Shown in pieces: positions 56,874-64,000 of a stretch of 64,000 nt of DNA. Every line of letters begins with the position of its first letter. Within the stretch, counting starts at the first letter, position 1. The notes beneath the pieces were generated by a model, which was given only the letters and a program-made list of their open reading frames with translations, was not told the origin of the DNA and made no database searches. The stretch covers positions 15,713-79,712 of the forward strand of contig JAYZBQ010000004.1 in assembly GCA_036338695.1 (NCBI GenBank). The letters run 5' to 3'. Origin of the DNA: Myxococcota bacterium. GTDB taxonomy: Bacteria > Myxococcota > UBA4151. Position numbers and translations under genes: made by a program.

Positions 56874-58073
56874 ATGCAGAGCGAAATAGGCCACTTGCTG
56901 CGCGGTCTCGATGAGAGCGTAGCGGGAACCATGAGTTTTCAACCGGTCTTGAGCAGCATCCGTCAGGTGCTGGTCGAGCGAGGGATCGACGCCGACCGCG
57001 TGCAGTTACCTATGACCCAGATTTTGGGTTTTCGGCACCCGACCTTGTGGGGGGTGATCTTGACCTGGCACCGGCAGCGCGCATTCGCTGACACCATCAT
57101 CCTTGACCATGACACCGCGGCGGAACGTGGGCTCAGTATACACGGTCCGGCGGATCCGGTCTTTGTCGAAGACGGCGTGCCGAGGACGCCCTATTTTTAT
57201 GTGTTTGGAGACCGGGATTGGTTGTTTCAGTGCGACCTCAACACCCCCCCGCATGACTTCCCCGTGTTTGAGGAGATGCGCGCCGACGGCTTCAACCACT
57301 ACGCTTGCTTTCGTTTGGACATGCCCGCAACGCGCACACCGGCGGTGATCAGCTTGAGCAGCGAAGCGCCCTTTCCTGAGGATCTGCGCGCTCGTTTAAA
57401 GTCGCTGCGAGGGCTTTTAGGTTTGGTGGTGTACGCTGCGTGCCGCACGTCTCAAGCGCACAAGATCGCCGTGACGTATGTCGGCCCGCAGACCGGCCCC
57501 CGGGTTCTCGATGGGTTCGTGGTGCGCGGCTCGTCCCAGACCGTGCGAGCGGGAGTGATGTTCTGGGATGTGCGCGGGTTTACGGCGCTCTCGGCGCGCG
57601 TCGGCGAACAAATTGTGCCGATCATGAACCAGATTTTTGAGGTCATCGGCGCGGAGGCGAAGCGACGTGATGGCGAGATCCTGAAGTTTATTGGCGACGC
57701 CATGTTGCTGATGTTTCCGATCGATGAAGGGTCTGAGGCGCGCGTCGCACAAGCGATGGTCGATACGGTGATGGAGGCGCTCAAGCGAGTCGACGAGAAG
57801 GCGAAAGAGCTCGGTTACGAGCTCGCCGCCGGCTTTGGCTGTCACATCGGTGAGGTGATCTACGGCAACATCGGGACACCCGACCGGCTCGATTTTACGG
57901 TGATGGGCTCCTCGGTCAACCTCGCGAGCCGTCTCGAGAGCCTGTGCAAAACCGTCCAAGCGCGCGGGGTGTTCTCGGCGCAGGTTCAAGCCCACTGTCG
58001 CGGCTTAGAGGCCGGAGGCGCTCACCAGCTCAAGGGGATCGAGGAGCCCGTACCGGTGTGGATTATTCGCTAG
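56874..58073 (+). CDS. Class III adenylate/guanylate cyclase with an N-terminal sensory-like region
   Basis: FWDVRGFT, LKFIGDAML, YGNIGTPDRLDFTVMG.SVNLASRLE; start uncertain (56874 chosen). Confidence 0.9.
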   Translation: MQSEIGHLLRGLDESVAGTMSFQPVLSSIRQVLVERGIDADRVQLPMTQILGFRHPTLWGVILTWHRQRAFADTIILDHDTAAERGLSIHGPADPVFVEDGVPRTPYFYVFGDRDWLFQCDLNTPPHDFPVFEEMRADGFNHYACFRLDMPATRTPAVISLSSEAPFPEDLRARLKSLRGLLGLVVYAACRTSQAHKIAVTYVGPQTGPRVLDGFVVRGSSQTVRAGVMFWDVRGFTALSARVGEQIVPIMNQIFEVIGAEAKRRDGEILKFIGDAMLLMFPIDEGSEARVAQAMVDTVMEALKRVDEKAKELGYELAAGFGCHIGEVIYGNIGTPDRLDFTVMGSSVNLASRLESLCKTVQARGVFSAQVQAHCRGLEAGGAHQLKGIEEPVPVWIIR

Positions 58074-60582
58074 CCTTTGTCCGCTTGGTGTCTGAGCCTT
58101 TCTGGTTGGACCGACTTTTGATTTTTGGGACCGCTTTGGGGTCGGGGCGACGCACCAAGAGTTGGTCGATCAGGTCGCTGTACTCATCCGCATAGACAAA
58201 GTTCAGCCCTCGCCGGACCCCTTCAGGGATCTCTTCGATGTCCTTTTGGTTGCCGGCCGGCACGATCACGGTCCGGTTTCCGTGCGCCTTCGCCGCAACG
58301 ACTTTCTCCCGCAAACCGCCGACCGGGAGCACCTCACCGCGCAGCGTCAACTCGCCGCTCATGGCGATGCGCGAGCGAGCGCGGCGCCCCGTGAGCAGGC
58401 TGATCAGAGCCGTGGCGATCGTAATCCCTGCGCTCGGACCGTCCTTGGGAACGGCGCCCGCCGGAAAGTGGACGTGCAGGTTGTGCTGCTCAAGGACGGC
58501 TTGTGGGATGCCGAGCTCTTCGCTGCGCGAGCGCACGTAGCTCAGCGCGATCTCGACGCTCTCTTTCATCACCTGGCGGAGGTTGCCCGTCACGCGCACC
58601 ATACCTTTTCCTGGCATCAGGGTGGTCTCGATCAGGAGGACATCGCCGCCTGAGGGCGTCCACGCCAGCCCAACGGCGATCCCCGGGCGTTTGAGGCGCT
58701 GCTCGGTGAGCTCGCTGAAGCGAGGTGGACCGAGCCACTCGTGAAGCTCGCCGGCCTCGACCTTGAGCGGAGCGGTCGCCTCCTCCATCACCAGCTTGGC
58801 GGTCGCCTTGCGCGCCAGGGCTTGGACGTGGCGGTTGAGGTCGCGCACACCCGCCTCGCGCGTGTAGCCTTGGATGACCTTGCGCAAGGTCGCAGCGGGT
58901 ACCTGAAGCTCGCTGCGCTCAAGCGCATGCTCCTTGAGCGCTTTCGGGACCAGGTAACGGCGCGCAATCTGCAGCTTTTGCTCGGGGATATACCCGTCGA
59001 GCGTCACCACCTCCATGCGGTCATAGAGCGGTTTGGGGATCTTGTTCAGATCGTTCGCCGTAGCGATGAACAGGACCTTGGAGAGATCACAGGGGACGTC
59101 GAGATAGTGATCCTGGAAGTCGTGGTTTTGAGAGGGGTCGAGCACCTCGAGCATGGCGCTTGATGGGTCGCCGCGCCAGTCTGAGCCCAGCTTGTCGATC
59201 TCGTCGAGTACGAAGACCGGGTTGATCGACCCGGCGCGTTTGAGCCCCTGGATGATCTTGCCTGGCATGGCGCCGACGTAGGTGCGGCGATGCCCTTTGA
59301 TCTCGGCTTCGTCGCGCATCCCCCCAAGGCTGACGCGATGCAGCTTGCGCCCGAGCGCTTCGGCGACCGACAGCGCGATGCTGGTCTTTCCGGTCCCGGG
59401 TGGGCCTGCCAGGCAGAGGATCGAGCCCTTGTGTTCGGGGTTGCGGATCCGCACAGCGAGGAATTCGAGCAGCCGGTCTTTGATCCGCTCAAGCCCATAG
59501 TGGTGTTTGTCTAAGATCCGCTTGGTGCGCTTGAGGTCTAGGTGGTCTTGGGTTTCGACGCCCCACGGTACGTCGGTGAGCCACTCAAGATAGTTACGCA
59601 GCATGTTGTACTCGGTCGCCTCCGGGCTGAGCTGCGCCAGGCGGCTCAACTCTTGGTTGCCCTTCTCACGTACCTCATCCGGCACCCCTTCCGCTGCGAG
59701 CGCCTCACCGAGTCGCTCCAGCTCGACCTCGCGCTCGTCGCGCTCTTCGCCGAGCTCCCGCCGCATCAGCTTGATCTGCTCGCGGATCATGTACTCGCGC
59801 TGCGACTTCTCGATCTTTTCGTGGATCTCGCGATGGAGTCGTTCACCGAGCTCCGCCATCTCGCGCTCGCGCCCCAAGTAGATCAGCGCAAGCTCGACGC
59901 GGTTGCGCACCTCCATGTTCTCGAGCAAGCGCTGCCGCTCGGGTTTCTTCTGCAGGAAATTCGCGCCGGCAAAATCGGCGAGCGGTCCAGCGCCCTCGAG
60001 ATGCGCAACAAAATCTGCCGCCTCGCCTGGAAGGTCGGGACGCATTCGGATCAGCTCTTGGACCTCGTGCATGAGGCGCTGCCGAAGGACCTCGAGCTCT
60101 TTGGTTTCCACCTCGTTTCGGGCGCTGATCTCCGGTGGGTAACTCACCTTGGCGACCAACAGCGTATCGGCGCGCCGAAAACGCTCAAGGTAGAATCGGC
60201 GACCGGTCTGGCATAGGAGGCGCAGCCCGTCGTCGGGGAGTCTTAGCACGCGCACCACGCGTGCGAGCACACCCATCCGGTAGAGCTGCTCCGGGAGGGC
60301 TTGCTCGGGGTGCTCGTCGGTGTTGCGCTCGTCTTTGATGGTGACGAAGCCGAGCGTTCGCCCGCCGTCGAGGATCTGATCAGCGACCGTGCGGGCGTCG
60401 CCCGTTGGGGGGATATCGACCGGCACGAGCATGCCTGGAAAGATGACCGCATCGTCTAAGGGGTAGAGGATCAGATTGTCCGGCGCTTCATCCGACAGCG
60501 ACGTCATCGAGGCGTCGGACCAAGCCTCCTCGATGTGCTCTAGGATCTCGAGTTCGTCGTCCGTGTGGAAGTCGTCGGTCAC
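58063..60582 (-). CDS. lon: ATP-dependent Lon protease
   Basis: Walker A GPPGTGKTS, GHRRTYVGAMPG, LDEIDK, PKDGPSAG (catalytic Ser), GGLREK (catalytic Lys); SD AAGGAG. Confidence 0.97.
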   Translation of the reverse strand: MTDDFHTDDELEILEHIEEAWSDASMTSLSDEAPDNLILYPLDDAVIFPGMLVPVDIPPTGDARTVADQILDGGRTLGFVTIKDERNTDEHPEQALPEQLYRMGVLARVVRVLRLPDDGLRLLCQTGRRFYLERFRRADTLLVAKVSYPPEISARNEVETKELEVLRQRLMHEVQELIRMRPDLPGEAADFVAHLEGAGPLADFAGANFLQKKPERQRLLENMEVRNRVELALIYLGREREMAELGERLHREIHEKIEKSQREYMIREQIKLMRRELGEERDEREVELERLGEALAAEGVPDEVREKGNQELSRLAQLSPEATEYNMLRNYLEWLTDVPWGVETQDHLDLKRTKRILDKHHYGLERIKDRLLEFLAVRIRNPEHKGSILCLAGPPGTGKTSIALSVAEALGRKLHRVSLGGMRDEAEIKGHRRTYVGAMPGKIIQGLKRAGSINPVFVLDEIDKLGSDWRGDPSSAMLEVLDPSQNHDFQDHYLDVPCDLSKVLFIATANDLNKIPKPLYDRMEVVTLDGYIPEQKLQIARRYLVPKALKEHALERSELQVPAATLRKVIQGYTREAGVRDLNRHVQALARKATAKLVMEEATAPLKVEAGELHEWLGPPRFSELTEQRLKRPGIAVGLAWTPSGGDVLLIETTLMPGKGMVRVTGNLRQVMKESVEIALSYVRSRSEELGIPQAVLEQHNLHVHFPAGAVPKDGPSAGITIATALISLLTGRRARSRIAMSGELTLRGEVLPVGGLREKVVAAKAHGNRTVIVPAGNQKDIEEIPEGVRRGLNFVYADEYSDLIDQLLVRRPDPKAVPKIKSRSNQKGSDTKRTKASE

Positions 60583-60720
60583 GCGCTGCTCCTTGTTGGC
60601 TACAACGTGTGCACGCGACCACGCCGGCGCAAGCCCTGGGCGGAGAAAGGCTCGATGAACTGGGCGCTATGGCCATGGCCGTGGCCGCTCCGACAATTAG
60701 GCGATAGCGGTGGTTTCTCT

Positions 60721-60749
60721 TTGACACCCTGGCAGGCCGTCCGTAACAG
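60721..60749 (+). promoter_or_regulatory. Sigma70-type promoter of the str operon
   Basis: Perfect -35 TTGACA, 17-nt spacer, imperfect -10 TAACAG, about 80 nt upstream of rpsL. Confidence 0.6.
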
Positions 60750-60829
60750 AGCCGCCCGCTGACCGGGGTGATCCCGGCGGTTGGGCTCGTGCGAGCGAGC
60801 GCATTGTATAGGTAGCGAACGGAGCCAAG

Positions 60830-61204
60830 ATGCCCACGATTAACCAGTTGGTACGCAAGGGACGTAAGAAGCGCGTGTTTAAGAGCGCCAGCCCTGCCCT
60901 TAAAAAGTGTCCGCAGCGGCGGGGTGTTTGCACTCGCGTGTACACCACTACGCCCAAGAAGCCGAACTCGGCGCTTCGTAAGGTGGCTCGTGTTCGCCTG
61001 ACGAGTGGGCTCGAAGTGACGAGCTACATTCCGGGTGAAGGGCACAACCTCCAGGAGCACTCGGTGGTGCTGATCCGCGGTGGTCGTGTGAAGGATTTGC
61101 CCGGTGTTCGTTACCACATCATCCGCGGAAAGCTCGACGCCACCGGCGTCGACGATCGACGTCAAGGTCGTTCGAAGTACGGCGCCAAGCGCCCGAAGAA
61201 GTAA
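60830..61204 (+). CDS. rpsL: 30S ribosomal protein S12
   Basis: [38 protein letters not shown]. Confidence 0.99.
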   Translation: MPTINQLVRKGRKKRVFKSASPALKKCPQRRGVCTRVYTTTPKKPNSALRKVARVRLTSGLEVTSYIPGEGHNLQEHSVVLIRGGRVKDLPGVRYHIIRGKLDATGVDDRRQGRSKYGAKRPKK

Positions 61205-61684
<480 letters not shown>

Positions 61685-61729
61685 CAACAAACCCTTAGGA
61701 GCCCAGATCTCTGGGTGGTGAGAACTCTC

Positions 61730-63814
61730 ATGGCACGCGATTATCCCCTGGAACGCACCCGCAACATCGGCATCATGGCGCACATCGACGCCGGTAAGAC
61801 CACGACGACTGAGCGCATCCTGTATTACACCGGAAAGTCGCACAAGATCGGTGAGGTCCACGACGGCGCTGCAACCATGGACTGGATGGAGCAAGAGCAA
61901 GAGCGTGGGATTACCATCACCTCGGCGGCGACCACCTGCTTCTGGCGTGATCACCGCGTCAACATCATTGACACCCCCGGACACGTCGATTTCACCATCG
62001 AGGTGGAGCGTTCCCTGCGCGTGCTCGACGGCGCCATCTGCGTCTTTGATGGCGTCGCCGGTGTGGAGCCTCAGTCGGAGACGGTCTGGCGTCAGGCGGA
62101 TCGCTACGGCGTGCCGCGCTTTTGTTTCATCAATAAGCTCGATCGCATGGGCGCTGACTTCTTCTACTGCGTCGACACCATCGTCGATCGCCTCGGCGCG
62201 ACGCCGGCGGTGATGCAACTCCCGATCGGTAAAGAGGCGGACTTTGTCGGCATGGTCGATCTCGTGCAGATGAAGGCGCTGATCTGGACCGGTGAAGACC
62301 TGGGCGCAGCGTACGACGTGGTCGACATCCCCGCCGACTACGCCGATCAGGCGGCTGAATATCGTGAGCAGCTCATCGACGCCGTCTCTGGTGCGATGGA
62401 CGACGAGACCATGGAGCGTTACCTCGAAGAGGGGGACCTCGACGAGGAGAGCCTCAAGGACGCCATTCGCGCCGCCTGCTTGGACGGCTCGGCGATCCCG
62501 GTCTTCCTGGGCACGGCGTTCAAGAACAAGGGCGTTCAGCCGCTCCTTGACGCTGTGATCGACTACCTGCCGAGCCCGGTGGACATCCCGCCGGTCGTCG
62601 GTACCGACCCGGACGACGAAGAGAAGTCGATCGAGCGCCCTGCGGACGACACGGCGCCCTTCTCGGCGCTTGCGTTCAAGATTATGAATGACCCCTTCGT
62701 CGGGTCGCTGACCTTCTTCCGCGCCTACTCCGGTACACTGGACGCAGGCAGCTACGTGCTCAACGCCTCCAAGGGTAAGAAGGAACGTATCGGTCGTATC
62801 TTGCTGATGCACGCTGACAAGCGCGAAGAGATCAAGACCGTGCACGCAGGCAATATCGCAGCCGCAGTGGGTCTGAAGGTGACGACCACCGGTGACAGCC
62901 TCACCGACCTCGACAACCCGGTCATCCTTGAGTCGATGCACTTCCCGGACCCGGTGATCTCGGTGGCGGTTGAGGCGAAGACCAAAGAGGCCAGCGACAA
63001 GCTCGGCTTGGGTCTTCAGCGGCTCTCCATGGAAGACCCCTCGTTCCGTGTTCACACCGATGAAGAGACGGGTCAGGTGATCATGGCGGGCATGGGCGAG
63101 CTGCACCTTGAGGTGCTGGTCGACCGCCTGCGCCGTGAGTTCAAGGTCGAGTGCAATGTCGGCGCGCCGCAGGTGGCGTACCGTGAGACCGTGCGCAGCA
63201 CCACAAAGGCTGAGGGCAAGTTTGTCCGTCAGTCCGGCGGGCGCGGTCAGTACGGACACGTCTGGATCGAGATGGAGCCGCAAGAGGCGGGCGAAGGCTA
63301 CGAGTTCGTCAACAAGATCGTCGGTGGGATCATCCCGCGGGAATACATCCCGGCGGTCGATCAGGGGATCCAAGAGGCCTCGACCAACGGCGTGCTCGCG
63401 GGTTACCCCATGGTCGACTTCAAGGTCACTCTGTACGACGGCAGTTACCACGACGTGGACTCCAGCGAGATGGCGTTCAAGATCGCTGGCTCGATGGCGT
63501 ATAAGAACGCAGCCGCCAAGGCGACGCCTGTGATTCTTGAGCCGGTCATGAAGATCGAGGTCGTCTGCCCAGAAGATTACATGGGCGACGTGATCGGTGA
63601 CCTGAACTCCCGCCGCGGTCGGGTCAACGGCATGGACCAGCGAGGCGCTGCCCGTGTCGTCACCGGTGAAGTGCCGCTGGCGAACATGTTCGGCTACGCA
63701 ACATCGCTTCGCTCCAAGACCCAGGGTCGTGCGAGCTACTCGATGGAGTTCGGTCAGTATGAAGAGGTCCCTGGCGGTGTCGCCAAAGAAATCGTCGCCA
63801 AAGCGGGCGGCTGA
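61730..63814 (+). CDS. fusA: Elongation factor G
   Basis: [54 protein letters not shown]. Confidence 0.99.
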   Translation: MARDYPLERTRNIGIMAHIDAGKTTTTERILYYTGKSHKIGEVHDGAATMDWMEQEQERGITITSAATTCFWRDHRVNIIDTPGHVDFTIEVERSLRVLDGAICVFDGVAGVEPQSETVWRQADRYGVPRFCFINKLDRMGADFFYCVDTIVDRLGATPAVMQLPIGKEADFVGMVDLVQMKALIWTGEDLGAAYDVVDIPADYADQAAEYREQLIDAVSGAMDDETMERYLEEGDLDEESLKDAIRAACLDGSAIPVFLGTAFKNKGVQPLLDAVIDYLPSPVDIPPVVGTDPDDEEKSIERPADDTAPFSALAFKIMNDPFVGSLTFFRAYSGTLDAGSYVLNASKGKKERIGRILLMHADKREEIKTVHAGNIAAAVGLKVTTTGDSLTDLDNPVILESMHFPDPVISVAVEAKTKEASDKLGLGLQRLSMEDPSFRVHTDEETGQVIMAGMGELHLEVLVDRLRREFKVECNVGAPQVAYRETVRSTTKAEGKFVRQSGGRGQYGHVWIEMEPQEAGEGYEFVNKIVGGIIPREYIPAVDQGIQEASTNGVLAGYPMVDFKVTLYDGSYHDVDSSEMAFKIAGSMAYKNAAAKATPVILEPVMKIEVVCPEDYMGDVIGDLNSRRGRVNGMDQRGAARVVTGEVPLANMFGYATSLRSKTQGRASYSMEFGQYEEVPGGVAKEIVAKAGG

Positions 63815-63860
63815 TAACTCAACACGAAGCATTTCACTTTAGATCCAAGGAATAAAAACA

Positions 63861-64000
63861 ATGGCTAAAGAAAAGTTTGATCGTTCCAAGCCGCACTGCA
63901 ACATCGGCACGATCGGTCACGTCGATCACGGCAAGACCACCCTGACTGCGGCGATCACCCGCGTGCTGGCTGACGCTGGCTCGGCTGATTTCCAAGCCTT
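63861..64000 (+). CDS. tuf: Elongation factor Tu (5' fragment, truncated by the window end)
   Basis: Translates [40 protein letters not shown]; follows fusA. Confidence 0.98.
   Translation, partial: MAKEKFDRSKPHCNIGTIGHVDHGKTTLTAAITRVLADAGSADFQA

Noticed and set aside
60830..61204. Possible streptomycin-resistance allele of rpsL
   Set aside because: Both key lysines (PKKPNS, RVKDLP) are wild type.

Overview
High-GC bacterial chromosomal window, about 43 CDS, very compact, with many overlapping gene ends. The gene content is typical of Myxococcota-like lineages (inference): Cys-rich 'CGDG..CDDGN' repeat lipoprotein, PEGA and kelch lipoproteins, orphan histidine kinase, deltaproteobacterial-type RpoZ. 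Housekeeping genes are add, rpoZ, rsmA, a deoxynucleoside kinase, panB, smpB, aspS, dapF, a leucine dehydrogenase, lon and the rpsL-rpsG-fusA-tuf operon (tuf runs off the window end). They are interleaved with many envelope and surface proteins. No rRNA, tRNA, CRISPR array or mobile element could be supported. Most notable observations: (1) a PEGA + 7-blade kelch lipoprotein + 4314-aa giant protein locus; the giant protein fuses a head domain, 12 tandem DUF11-type Ig repeats with a Lys/Asp/Asn isopeptide triad (lost together in 2 repeats), two degenerate OmpA-like domains and a probable C-terminal beta-barrel; (2) a lipoprotein alpha-2-macroglobulin with a metazoan TEP/complement-C3-like thioester region, a candidate catalytic His and a GspG-like insert, with no pbpC partner nearby; (3) a 23-repeat Cys-rich lipoprotein stalk tipped with a CxxCH cytochrome-like domain; (4) a tandem TGAC-N7-GTCA operator over the promoter of a phasin-like gene; (5) a bulged hairpin upstream of panB. 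All family assignments come from motif recognition by eye; no database searches were run.
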